Source: a virus. Taken from it: a stretch of DNA of 64,000 nucleotides. A model generated the notes under the pieces. That model saw nothing but the letters and a program-made list of their open reading frames with translations. It did not search any database and was not told the DNA's origin. Of this stretch, positions 1 to 8,805 are shown one piece after another. Each line of letters begins with the position of its first letter. Within the stretch, counting starts at the first letter, position 1. The DNA is taken from the IMG/VR virus record IMGVR_UViG_3300001200_000012, positions 1,483 through 65,482 of that record; one strand, given 5' to 3'. Position numbers and translations under genes: made by a program.

Positions 1-154
1 ATTCACCATCAGTAATACAATCCCAACGCCGCACATCCAATGTGGATGTATCAATTGTTAGGCGTGCTGAAGCAGTCAATGATATGATATCATCGTCAGC
101 TAGTGTCGTTAGTGCAGAATAATTCTGGTCTGTATTAACTGTTATTGTTGCCAT
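1..154 (-). CDS. 5' part of a probable virion structural/fibre-like protein (runs off the window; not in the ORF track)
   Basis: ATG at 154 overlaps the end of 135..380; open frame MATITVNTDQNYSALTTLADDDIISLTASARLTIDTSTLDVRRWDCITDGE to the window edge. Confidence 0.6.
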   Translation of the reverse strand, partial: MATITVNTDQNYSALTTLADDDIISLTASARLTIDTSTLDVRRWDCITDGE

Positions 155-380
155 CAGCTACTTCCTTGATTATGGCACCCAATCCCTCGTAATGAGTTGG
201 AAGCATATCTAGTTCACGGGAGATGGGCTCAAATATAAGCCAATGTTTTTTAATGAAGATGTGAGTGATATCATTAGAGTCTTCTAAATCAATCGCAGGT
301 GTAGTGCGGCTCGCTATCTCGTCAGCAGCATATAACAACGCTTTAAATATTTCATCTTTCCTAGAATAACTTTTTGACAT
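135..380 (-). CDS. hypothetical protein in the virion module
   Basis: 81 aa ORF coupled to both neighbours. Confidence 0.6.
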   Translation of the reverse strand: MSKSYSRKDEIFKALLYAADEIASRTTPAIDLEDSNDITHIFIKKHWLIFEPISRELDMLPTHYEGLGAIIKEVADGNNNS

Positions 381-1096
381 CAGTCTGCCTCCGAATATGT
401 TAATGTAAGACGATTAGGCCAAGCCTGATTCAAAGAAGAATGTGCAGAGTTGTTTGTAGCATTAGCGTATGTACTGGAGCTGTCTTCTTGTATCTGCTTA
501 AAGATAAGCCAGTTGCCATTACCATCACTATTCCAGCCGAAGTAAAACACACCAGCATTGTCCTCATCGAACTCATCTGGCAGTCCTAGATTATCGGAGA
601 ACCCGCCGCCGGAGTTACCAACAGCAGCATCAACCATCGCTTGTACTTGGGCTTCAGTGAGATTAGTTGTATTGACGAACACAACGTCAGAAATAGGGAG
701 CTGGGTAAAGACAACTGTGTCCGTAATACCACAATGGAGCGTATAGGTGGCTGAAGCCGGGTCACGTTGAACGCGCCGGACGATGCCCCGCTCAAATTCG
801 AATTGTACTTCATCACCTATCCGGGGAACGAACCCCGCCGGGAGAGACTTGCCCAAGACAAGAGCCTTTCGGAACCCGTCCTTGACGTGAACTCCGTCTA
901 TGTCTTTGTGGTCATAGTCTTCCCACATGCCGTGAGCGTTGTAGTTATATTCCGTGCGTTGAGGTCCGGCAGACAAGTCATTATCATCGCGCGCGCCTTC
1001 GACAATGCGAATGACGTAACCATCTAGCAAGCCGCCAGCGCCCTTTATATTGTCGTGGATTAAACCAGCAATGTCTAAGCCGAATAGGTCACTCAC
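380..1096 (-). CDS. head-tail joining/closure-like protein with a ~115 aa C-terminal extension
   Basis: N-terminal ~122 aa resembles head-closure proteins (IDGVHVKDGFRKALV...PRIGDEV...VQRDPASATYTLHC); position after the adaptor. Confidence 0.55.
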   Translation of the reverse strand: MSDLFGLDIAGLIHDNIKGAGGLLDGYVIRIVEGARDDNDLSAGPQRTEYNYNAHGMWEDYDHKDIDGVHVKDGFRKALVLGKSLPAGFVPRIGDEVQFEFERGIVRRVQRDPASATYTLHCGITDTVVFTQLPISDVVFVNTTNLTEAQVQAMVDAAVGNSGGGFSDNLGLPDEFDEDNAGVFYFGWNSDGNGNWLIFKQIQEDSSSTYANATNNSAHSSLNQAWPNRLTLTYSEAD

Positions 1097-1665
1097 AACG
1101 TTATCCCGTACTCACGTTCAGAGCTGTCATCAGCCTCTGCACCGCTCACGTAAGCTCCGCACCCTATCCCGGCTCCCGCCGATGTAGTGTCAGAAGTCTT
1201 GAGCCATGGTCGGAGTAAAGCCCAAACAGAGTCAGGCACAGGCCGGGTCTGTTGTCCCGCCGCTGCGAGCTGCGATGCTGTTGGGCTGTCGAACGTAACC
1301 TTGGCGCTCCCGGCTTCCACCTTGATAACGGCTCCCTTAGCACGCTCTGCTTTGAACGTCTCAATAAGGCTCGTATCTCCAGACACGTCTGATGCGAGAA
1401 TGTAAGCTGCCGAGATGACCCCAGGCGGTGTCTGGCTAGTGCCGTCAATCGTCCGGGGCCAAGGGGCGCTCGCGCTATCTGCTTCGCCAATCCAGTTCAG
1501 CGTTTCAAAGAAACGGAACACAGCAACAGCAGACAAATTCTTATTAGCAGCTGTTACGCTGCCCCAAGTCGTTCCGCGAGTTATGTCTGCGGCGAGAAAC
1601 GAGTCATGGTCAGCGATAGACGCCATGACTTCATAATCGGTCCCGCCAATATCGACAACAGGCAT
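1093..1665 (-). CDS. head-tail adaptor/connector protein
   Basis: Adaptor-like pattern (WPRT...KVEAGSAKVTF...VWALLRPWL); downstream of portal. Confidence 0.55.
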   Translation of the reverse strand: MPVVDIGGTDYEVMASIADHDSFLAADITRGTTWGSVTAANKNLSAVAVFRFFETLNWIGEADSASAPWPRTIDGTSQTPPGVISAAYILASDVSGDTSLIETFKAERAKGAVIKVEAGSAKVTFDSPTASQLAAAGQQTRPVPDSVWALLRPWLKTSDTTSAGAGIGCGAYVSGAEADDSSEREYGITL

Positions 1666-1666
1666 A

Positions 1667-1822
1667 TTACTTCAGCTCTGTATTGCGCCCATCGTCAGCG
1701 GGATTTCCCCCGCCACCGCCGCCGGACCCAGACCCTTTAGGGCGGTTACGAGACGCCTTGATGCGCGTGTAAATGAAATATCCAAATGCTGCAAGAACAG
1801 CTAATGTGAATAAAGTTTCCAT
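1667..1822 (-). CDS. 51 aa single-pass membrane protein (below the ORF-track cutoff)
   Basis: METLFTLAVLAAFGYFIYTRIKASRNRPKGSGSGGGGGGNPADDGRNTELK; ATG overlaps the portal stop (TGATG) and it fills the gap to the next gene. Confidence 0.7.
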   Translation of the reverse strand: METLFTLAVLAAFGYFIYTRIKASRNRPKGSGSGGGGGGNPADDGRNTELK

Positions 1823-3351
1823 CACTTCTTCTCCTTTGGTTTCTTCTTGTTATCGTCCGGCTTCGGTTTTTCTTCCGGCTTGTTCGGGTCTGGTTTATTG
1901 TCCCCTGGTTTCGGTTCAGGGTCGTTAGGGTCCGGCTTTGGTCTAGCGCCTGATAACAATTCACCTGTTATTGGGTCAACCTTACCTGTTAGAGATAGCG
2001 CCGGGTCAGTCCAGTCTTCTTCCTCACGCTCCGGCGGGGTAAGACCTAGCATGTTGAAGAACTCTTCAACTAACTTATCGTGGCCGCGTAAGTCAACTCC
2101 AGACGCAGAGATGTCCCGGAGAATGCCAGCTAGCACTTCGGCAGAGCGGTTGCTAATCTCCTCAACCTTGAGTTTAGGCTTCAGCTCATCGTCCCAACCA
2201 TTCAAGCGCCATATAGGTCCAAGCCATTGCTTTTCAAAGTCTTCGGCTAAGTCCTGAAGGACCGCGTTGACGTTGAGAAGGAAATTGTCTGTCTTGTCTT
2301 TAGACAGAGCCAGCGAACCGGACCCGTCAGTGCCCGTCAGGAGATGGTCCACGCCCATAGCAATAGCTATCTCCCGGACAACGCGCTGAATAGCCTTGGC
2401 GACTTCGCCTGTTGATGTCGTGGCGGCAGTAAGCAGTTCCAGGTCCCACTTTTTTGAACTGCCGCCAACAGTTCCCGTCTCACCCTTCGCAAAGTAGGGG
2501 GAACTATCTAAGAGAACCGCTGTTGAACGGTTCCGCATATGACTGGTCATGAACTTCTTAATTGAAGCCAGCATCTTCTCCGTGGTTCCTTTCGGAAGGG
2601 TTCCGGCGTCTTCTGCTGCTTGTGTCTCTGTAATCGGCGCGCGCCCAATCGGAATGCCTCGCAGGTCAGTCTGATAGCCCAACAGCTCAAGGTCTTGGAA
2701 CTCGCGCAAGCGGTCACAAAGCTCAACGATGGACCTGAATATGCCCTGCCCTTCGGGGCTATCGGTTACGCTATCATCAACACTGTAAATGATTTTCTTC
2801 ATCGGCAAATAAGCCTCTGATGAATCCTGTGGAATGCGTTGAACGACACCTTCCAATATACCGTACTTGTTCCGGTCCCACCGCTCAATAGTCGATTGAG
2901 GACGCTGTTCAACAGTTGCCATTCCGATAGTGCCGTCATCCCGGCGTTTGGCAATCCACTCTTGAATAGCGAAGCCGTGAAACTTATACATGCCTTGACG
3001 TCGGACTACCCGGTGCCACGGTGTATCCATATCACGCATCATCTCCTCAACCAGCTCTGCCTTTTCTTCCTGCTCCGGGGTAGCGTCTTCAGGCGGTTCA
3101 ACGGTCCACTTAGCCTTAGACAGCATATTCATGAAGTGTCTTAGACCTGCGGCGACAATCGCAATATTCGCAATATTCTCGTTGTAGGTTGTGAACTTGC
3201 GGCGTTCGACAAGCTTAGGGTTCTTCTCTCGCTCTTCAACGAAGCCGGAGAAGATGACTGTCTGCGGACCGCCTACATGCTTTGTAGGTGCTGCTGACTT
3301 AGTACCAACAAACGTTGTAACGCTGTTAATCAATCGGGTGCGAAGGCTCAT
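1822..3351 (-). CDS. portal protein
   Basis: 509 aa directly after terL; portal-like motifs (GMYKFHGFAIQEW, SPEGQGIFR, GSGSLALSKDKTD). Confidence 0.85.
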   Translation of the reverse strand: MSLRTRLINSVTTFVGTKSAAPTKHVGGPQTVIFSGFVEEREKNPKLVERRKFTTYNENIANIAIVAAGLRHFMNMLSKAKWTVEPPEDATPEQEEKAELVEEMMRDMDTPWHRVVRRQGMYKFHGFAIQEWIAKRRDDGTIGMATVEQRPQSTIERWDRNKYGILEGVVQRIPQDSSEAYLPMKKIIYSVDDSVTDSPEGQGIFRSIVELCDRLREFQDLELLGYQTDLRGIPIGRAPITETQAAEDAGTLPKGTTEKMLASIKKFMTSHMRNRSTAVLLDSSPYFAKGETGTVGGSSKKWDLELLTAATTSTGEVAKAIQRVVREIAIAMGVDHLLTGTDGSGSLALSKDKTDNFLLNVNAVLQDLAEDFEKQWLGPIWRLNGWDDELKPKLKVEEISNRSAEVLAGILRDISASGVDLRGHDKLVEEFFNMLGLTPPEREEEDWTDPALSLTGKVDPITGELLSGARPKPDPNDPEPKPGDNKPDPNKPEEKPKPDDNKKKPKEKK

Positions 3352-3401
3352 AGAGATTGCCTTTAAAGACCTTTAAGTCAAAAAGCAATCTTGAATTATT
3401 G

Positions 3402-4991
3402 TTACAGAGCGTAGGGGTTATACTCACTCCCGTCATTCGGGGGCGTCTCCGTATCACTCTGCGCCGTTACTAGCACGGCTCCCGTAGGCACGACAATCTC
3501 TGGTAGCTTCACGACACGAGCATAAGCGCGGCTAAGAGCGTCCACTTGGTCCTTGTATAGACCTGCCGGGAAGACTGCTGCTTCATCTAAGAACGCCGCA
3601 TTCCATGGGGCAATAACCATATACACGCGCCCCCCTTCTGCCTGTGCTGCTATCGGCGTGGCGCGCAGAGCCTTGTCACCGCTCTCTGTTGAGCTGAAGA
3701 CCGGATAAGCCGCGAGCATTTCTAAGAACGTAACCTTTTGATGCTTACCTGCCTGCCCTGGGTCTTGGGGGAAGTCCTGAATGCAGTGAAGTCCGTCAAC
3801 CTTCGCCGTAGCCTTAAGCAAGCGATTGAGACCAGCTGGGGTGCGGCGCTTACGGAGAGCGTGAAGGATATACGTGTCACCGTTGACGCGCTTGATTTTA
3901 ACTCCGGCGGTATAGGGAGATGTCTTTTGGGTACTTGTCGCGAAGTCCCAACCACGAACGGGTTGACCGCCCGACGGGACGTTGTGCGCTTCAATAGGAA
4001 TAAAGTCCTCTTTAGAGAACATGCCGCCGCCGCGTGGAGCAGGACGCTGCTGGAGCTGTCCAGCTACGGCGTAACTGCCGCCCCAAGAGGAGAGTTCTGC
4101 CTTGAGTGTCTTAACGCCCTTCGCAGAGAACCGGGCAGGAGCCATCAGCTCTCCGTCCTCGGTTCTAGGGTCTTGCCAACCAATGCTTGTGTAGCACTTC
4201 CGCTCCGGTTCGAACTCCATGGGTATCATTAAGATTTCATAGTTGAGGTCTTTGTTGTGCGCGATAATATGCCCAGACACGTCACCCTCGTGCACGCGCT
4301 GCATAATGACGACACGTGCTGAAGTCTCCAGGTCGTTGACCCGTGTAGGGACAACTTCAGAAAACCAAAACACAGCGTCTTCTCGCTTTGTTTCGCTCTC
4401 GCCTTCTTTCACGTTGTGCGGGTCATCGACAATGAACCTATCGCCCCGCTCACCTGTCGCGGTCCCGGAGACTGATGTTGCTATACGAAAGCCCCGCTCA
4501 CTGTTCTCATACTTCTCTTTGGCGTTCTGGTCCCCCACGAGCTTAACGTGAGGCCAGTGCTTTTGATAGACGGGTGATTCAATAAGCATACGGCAGCGGC
4601 GATTATCCCGGAGCGTAAGACTGTGCGCATAGGCGGCGCTAACATATCGGAGCCATGGCATCTTACGCGGTCCCCATTCCCACGCTGGCCATAACACGTT
4701 TGTCAACAAGCTCTTCATTGTCCCCGGCGGGACGTTAATCAGCAGCCGGGTAAGCTCTCCGTTGGTGACCGCTTCTAGGTGTTCACATATAGCTTCGAAG
4801 ACCCAACCATCAGCGAGCTTTCGCCCCGGCTCCAGAACAGGCCACATCATCTTAGTGAAAGCCCAAAGGGACTGTTCCGCGTCCGCAACGTCTAGCTTCT
4901 CTTCAAACGTATCCAGGTCAAGCAGAGCCATATTAAGGCTCGCACTATATGACCTGCTTTCAGCAGCTGTGTTTCCGAATTTGTAGCTCAT
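3402..4991 (-). CDS. terL: terminase large subunit
   Basis: Walker A-like NVPPGTMKS, Walker B FIVDDPH, coupling motif VIMQR, RNase H-like GWDFA and KDQVDALSRA. Confidence 0.95.
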   Translation of the reverse strand: MSYKFGNTAAESRSYSASLNMALLDLDTFEEKLDVADAEQSLWAFTKMMWPVLEPGRKLADGWVFEAICEHLEAVTNGELTRLLINVPPGTMKSLLTNVLWPAWEWGPRKMPWLRYVSAAYAHSLTLRDNRRCRMLIESPVYQKHWPHVKLVGDQNAKEKYENSERGFRIATSVSGTATGERGDRFIVDDPHNVKEGESETKREDAVFWFSEVVPTRVNDLETSARVVIMQRVHEGDVSGHIIAHNKDLNYEILMIPMEFEPERKCYTSIGWQDPRTEDGELMAPARFSAKGVKTLKAELSSWGGSYAVAGQLQQRPAPRGGGMFSKEDFIPIEAHNVPSGGQPVRGWDFATSTQKTSPYTAGVKIKRVNGDTYILHALRKRRTPAGLNRLLKATAKVDGLHCIQDFPQDPGQAGKHQKVTFLEMLAAYPVFSSTESGDKALRATPIAAQAEGGRVYMVIAPWNAAFLDEAAVFPAGLYKDQVDALSRAYARVVKLPEIVVPTGAVLVTAQSDTETPPNDGSEYNPYAL

Positions 4992-4994
4992 GTA

Positions 4995-5603
4995 TTAGCG
5001 CGGCACCACCGGGTCCCAACGGTCATAGGTCTTCTTATCGTACCACGTTGGCTCTGCGCACCCGCTTCGAATAGCGAGCTGGTTGACGTTTACAGAAGGC
5101 TCCGTGGTGCTCCAGATAATCACCAGCGGCCTTCCGAACTTCCCTGCGCCATCGTCTAGCATGCCTTGAATGATGACATCTAGGGGCGGGTCAATAGGAT
5201 GGTACTTTGCTTTGTAGGGGAGCGGGTCACCTGTATAGCCCAACCAGTCCAGGAGATAGTCCCGGCACTGGAAGCCATACTGAACCTCTTGCGCTGTTGT
5301 CCCGCCGCGCCGGGTTACTTCATAGCCGTTCAGTCCCGCGAGCCGGGAGCGGATATTGGTGCGCTGTACGTCCTGGCCGAACTTATACGTCAGCTCTAAA
5401 GTATCCACGTCATATATGCTCGTGAGCGAGCCGTTGTAAACGTTGCTAGGAACTACGGGAGCCGGGTCAATCGCTCGCCCCTGGTCATAGTTCTCTAACA
5501 ACTCTATAGGCGCTGCTGAATTAGTGTTAAACTCCGGCGGGGGCGTTACGGTTGCGCATGCGGCGAGAATAAGGCAAGCGGCTGCTAATATGAAATGTCT
5601 CAT
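4995..5603 (-). CDS. lipoprotein with thermonuclease (SNase-like) domain
   Basis: Lipobox MRHFILAAACLILAAC; SNase motifs IYDVDT, SRLAGLNGYE, GKFGRPL, NVNQLAIRSGCA; start placed at the ATGA overlap at 5603. Confidence 0.65.
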   Translation of the reverse strand: MRHFILAAACLILAACATVTPPPEFNTNSAAPIELLENYDQGRAIDPAPVVPSNVYNGSLTSIYDVDTLELTYKFGQDVQRTNIRSRLAGLNGYEVTRRGGTTAQEVQYGFQCRDYLLDWLGYTGDPLPYKAKYHPIDPPLDVIIQGMLDDGAGKFGRPLVIIWSTTEPSVNVNQLAIRSGCAEPTWYDKKTYDRWDPVVPR

Positions 5604-5833
5604 GCTGTTAATCCTCTGACTGCCCACATAGAGGCTTCTTCAAGTTTCGTGATTGCTATAGAGCGCTCACGGCTAGGGGGAAGGCTATCAAGTAGCTTGC
5701 CGAAGTCATGCGTGGCGTCCTTGACTGCTGACACTTGTTGCTTTTCTTCGTCTGATAAGGCACGATATTGATGCCTGCCGTAGTTGTTAGAGGTTCGTTC
5801 ATCCTCTGTTGCTGATACTTTATCATCACTCAT
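5600..5833 (-). CDS. Acb2/Tad1-like helical hairpin protein (candidate cyclic-nucleotide sponge)
   Basis: YRALSDEE resembles the Acb2 N-terminus; SRERSIAITKLEEASMW resembles the Tad1 C-terminal helix. Confidence 0.6.
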   Translation of the reverse strand: MSDDKVSATEDERTSNNYGRHQYRALSDEEKQQVSAVKDATHDFGKLLDSLPPSRERSIAITKLEEASMWAVRGLTA

Positions 5834-6627
5834 GATTTAGGCTCCTGTTCTATGATTTGAGCGTCTTCAACATCGTCTTCTGGCGTGATGTCCTTAGCCA
5901 TGTCCGCGCTAATCACTTCGCGAATTTCTGTAAGCAGTCCCCGGACCTTGTTCCGTCCTTCTTGACTCAGCTTATCTAAATTGATTTGACTTGTCTCGCT
6001 CTTAGCCTTCTGTTCTGCGTGATAGTTCTGACGAAACTCTTCTGGACTAAGAGATTCAGCGAGCATCTTCAATAGACCGTCTGACTTCTTGTTGACGTAG
6101 CCTACAACACGTCCTTTATGAAACTTCGGTTCTGGTTGGCCTACAACGGCGCGGTTAACAACCTCATCATAGACCTTCTCCTTGAACGCTATCCTTGCTT
6201 GGTCCCAAGCAGCTTGTACTTCAGGGTCACGCTCACAGAACTCATCGAACGTAATAGGATGAAAACCAACCATCTTAGCAGCACGTCCCTTAGTGCCGAA
6301 CATCTCAAACAACTCGCAGACCCGGAAAGCGTCTTCACGCGTCATCTTCTTCTTACTGGGTTCCATATAACCCGGTCCGACAATGACCTCGCATAATCGT
6401 TTATCAATCATAGCGATGTTGGTAGCTCTGCCGGAGCGATAAAGCTCTTCACGAAACGCCTCAAATGTTTCTTCGTCTAAAGCAAGTGACGTATGAAACT
6501 GGCGCGCGAGAATATCAATCCACTCTGCTTGAGGCTGCGGGAGCTTGGACCAATCGGACGTAGGGTTATAGGCAGAGAGTGACTGACCCATCTTTGGTTT
6601 ATGTTGATGTGGTTTAGGTGTCGGCAT
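5830..6627 (-). CDS. terS: terminase small subunit
   Basis: HTH region then RAVVGQPEPKFHKGRVVGYVNKKSDGLLKML typical of TerS; upstream of terL; start placed at MPTPK. Confidence 0.75.
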   Translation of the reverse strand: MPTPKPHQHKPKMGQSLSAYNPTSDWSKLPQPQAEWIDILARQFHTSLALDEETFEAFREELYRSGRATNIAMIDKRLCEVIVGPGYMEPSKKKMTREDAFRVCELFEMFGTKGRAAKMVGFHPITFDEFCERDPEVQAAWDQARIAFKEKVYDEVVNRAVVGQPEPKFHKGRVVGYVNKKSDGLLKMLAESLSPEEFRQNYHAEQKAKSETSQINLDKLSQEGRNKVRGLLTEIREVISADMAKDITPEDDVEDAQIIEQEPKS

Positions 6628-6764
6628 ATTTTCTTTGATAATTTGCAAAATCAAAAAAGTAAAGCTTGACCTACTGTTTAGCGTTTTACTGACAGGGGGG
6701 TCTAGGGTGTGGCTGCGTGCGCAATAGCCCAAAACAGGGGCGCTCCCCTACCACAAATGTGCGT

Positions 6765-7002
6765 CCACATAAGTAACACAAGTAATTTACTTACGTGACC
6801 ACAAACCAAAAACCCTTATAAAACAACCAGATACTTATGTTACTTATGTTACTTATGTAAAAAAGAAGGAGTAAGGAAAACGGGGCATTTACCTAAGAAC
6901 TAGAAAACCATACAAGTACACAAGAGCATAAGTAAGTCCTTGTTTCTTTGGGATAACCACATGAACCACCACATAAGTAACACAAGTAATTTTACTTACG
7001 TG
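6765..7002. repeat. 9-mer repeat element A (11 copies of a TTACTTRYG-type 9-mer in both orientations, bounded by a ~33 bp direct repeat)
   Basis: ccacataagtaacacaagtaatt(t)tacttacgtg at 6765 and 6969; internal tandem atacttatg-ttacttatg-ttacttatg; homologous to 43231..43462. Confidence 0.9.
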
Positions 7003-7047
7003 GGCAAAAGCTCTAAAGTCAAGAACTTAAGCAACTCTTATCGTTTA

Positions 7048-7260
7048 TCAATGTAAAACGCGGGGACGCCAATGAGTAGGACCAGCTCCCCGTGACGCGT
7101 CCCAAGTGAAACTCTCATCAGGCGCTACCCAACAACCAGGTCCGATGAACCTGGTAACAAAATCAGGGTCCCAGTACATTAAGAACTCTCCGGCTTCAGC
7201 AGCAGTGACCCATACCAAAGTCTTATCTTTCGGAGCTGTTTTTATATCTCTCCAATTCAC
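7048..7260 (-). CDS. small phage protein (WRDIKTAPKD family)
   Basis: WRDIKTAPKD...PTHW pattern common in small phage proteins. Confidence 0.7.
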   Translation of the reverse strand: MNWRDIKTAPKDKTLVWVTAAEAGEFLMYWDPDFVTRFIGPGCWVAPDESFTWDASRGAGPTHWRPRVLH

Positions 7261-7394
7261 TTCTTACTAGCCTCCATCAGCAGCTCTTCAGCGCGTTTCC
7301 GGCGCTTCTTTGATTCTTCTTTATCGCCCCACTCAAGATATTTGAGAGCATCGCAAAGATAGGCTACCGCCCTCAATAGTTTATCCTCATCCAA
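7257..7394 (-). CDS. hypothetical 45 aa protein (not in the ORF track)
   Basis: TTG start with GGAG SD; fills the gap; stop overlaps the next start. Confidence 0.5.
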   Translation of the reverse strand: MDEDKLLRAVAYLCDALKYLEWGDKEESKKRRKRAEELLMEASKK

Positions 7395-7641
7395 GGCCGT
7401 TCTCCTTATCGAATATCCAAGCCGCGATAGCATCCCACTCGTTCATCATAGCGTCCCAAAGCTCTCTCGCGTTCGGACCGCCCCACTCGCCGGAGCGCCG
7501 CCATTCCCGGTCTAAGCGCCTTAGTTCTTTCTTTTGTTCTCGCCCCGCGAGCGGCCAGTGCTTTCCGCATATGAACTTCGCCCAGGGCTTACGGCTCCGG
7601 CCACGACAACCAAACACCCCGCACTCCGTTCCTTTGCTCAT
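7387..7641 (-). CDS. hypothetical protein with Cys/His zinc-finger-like N-terminus
   Basis: CGVFGC...CGKHW; start at the ATGA overlap with the upstream gene. Confidence 0.6.
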   Translation of the reverse strand: MSKGTECGVFGCRGRSRKPWAKFICGKHWPLAGREQKKELRRLDREWRRSGEWGGPNARELWDAMMNEWDAIAAWIFDKENGLG

Positions 7642-7925
7642 ACCAATCCTAAAGCGTCTCGCAGCGCGCTCCTTTTCGTAACAGAACAGGAGAGCTTGCG
7701 CCCGGACATATTCTTGAAAGTCGCATCCCCCATCCACTCCAACCAGAGCTGTGCTGCTCCCGCTGTCGCGAAGCGAAGTGGGAGCACGCTAAACTTCCGA
7801 TAGCAACGCCAATTCTTACGCGCAGAAGTCCGGGAGAACCCCCGGCGCTCTAAACGCTTCGCCATCTCCGGGTTAAATGGAGCGCGTTGTTGGTAAACAA
7901 TCAGCCAATCCCTACTCATGAACAT
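7638..7925 (-). CDS. hypothetical protein
   Basis: Tiles in the minus-strand operon. Confidence 0.55.
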   Translation of the reverse strand: MFMSRDWLIVYQQRAPFNPEMAKRLERRGFSRTSARKNWRCYRKFSVLPLRFATAGAAQLWLEWMGDATFKNMSGRKLSCSVTKRSALRDALGLV

Positions 7926-8256
7926 ACTTCCCGTTCAAGTGGTCCACCATACTCTTCAGCTCCCCGTATCTCTGACGCCTATGATGCATATCCCGCGCAG
8001 CATCATCTGTTACTCGTACAATGAGCTTCACGCCTCGCAACTTCATGATATTATCGTCAATCGACATCCACTCAATTGTTCTCTGTCCGTTAGAAGCGCG
8101 CAAAGCTTGTCCGTCCGTGAACCATCTCGCAGAATGACTTCGCATATGTTCCTTGAAATCATACTCAGCTTCATTCCTAGACCTACAAACAATCATAGTG
8201 GAATTAACTTCTTCCCGGCGCATCATAGCACGCGTGTTTCGTCTTCCAGCACTCAA
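7912..8256 (-). CDS. hypothetical protein
   Basis: Tiles in the minus-strand operon. Confidence 0.6.
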   Translation of the reverse strand: MSAGRRNTRAMMRREEVNSTMIVCRSRNEAEYDFKEHMRSHSARWFTDGQALRASNGQRTIEWMSIDDNIMKLRGVKLIVRVTDDAARDMHHRRQRYGELKSMVDHLNGKYVHE

Positions 8257-8531
8257 TTTGTATATTCCTTATCAACAGTTGTAAATCCGTTATCTTCAAG
8301 CAATGTTCGGAGCGCCGCCACGCATGGGTCGCATAGGTCTTCTAGCTTCCAGCCCCTCCAATCCTGAAAATCGGGATAGTTATCTCCAGCCATAAACTCT
8401 AATTCAAAGTCAACTGACTCATACATCTTTTCATCAGGTATCTCGCACCCGCACTTGTCGCAGTTCGCGCCTATCTCCCGTTGTTCAACTTTAGCAGGCA
8501 CCTCAACGTCTTTATACCGCTTAACCATCAA
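8253..8531 (-). CDS. hypothetical protein with two CxxC pairs
   Basis: CDKCG...LCDPC zinc-ribbon pattern. Confidence 0.65.
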   Translation of the reverse strand: MMVKRYKDVEVPAKVEQREIGANCDKCGCEIPDEKMYESVDFELEFMAGDNYPDFQDWRGWKLEDLCDPCVAALRTLLEDNGFTTVDKEYTN

Positions 8532-8805
8532 ACAACTCCACGTCCAATTCTATTTCGGTCTTCACCTTCCCGATACATTCCCGGTTCCTCATAACATGAG
8601 AGCCGTAACGCCCGGACGAAACAACATGACCATCTATATTCAACCCAAGCAGGCAATGCGTACCGCCGCCGGGAGACATGGCAACAAGCACCCAATACTT
8701 CGTACCCCCGCCGTGACCCCTGTATAGGTTCCCAATCTCCGGCTCCGATGGTCTGTTGGGCTTATCCTCTGGGACGTTAAACCTCATACTTACCCTCGTA
8801 CACAT
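8521..8805 (-). CDS. hypothetical protein
   Basis: Tiles in the operon; true start may be slightly downstream. Confidence 0.55.
   Translation of the reverse strand: MCTRVSMRFNVPEDKPNRPSEPEIGNLYRGHGGGTKYWVLVAMSPGGGTHCLLGLNIDGHVVSSGRYGSHVMRNRECIGKVKTEIELDVELFDG

Noticed and set aside
1822-1940. Pro/Lys/Asp repeats at the portal C-terminus
   Set aside because: Low-complexity disordered tail, common in portals
5830-6732. Longer terS start in the ORF track; likewise extended starts for 13969..15024, 15988..16443, 17808..18401, 26058..26420 and 61809..63032
   Set aside because: The extensions run into promoters or neighbouring genes; shorter starts have SD motifs or stop-start overlaps
6765-7002. 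Possible CRISPR mini-array (33 bp direct repeats)
   Set aside because: Only two repeats about 170 bp apart, the interval is itself repetitive, and there are no cas genes
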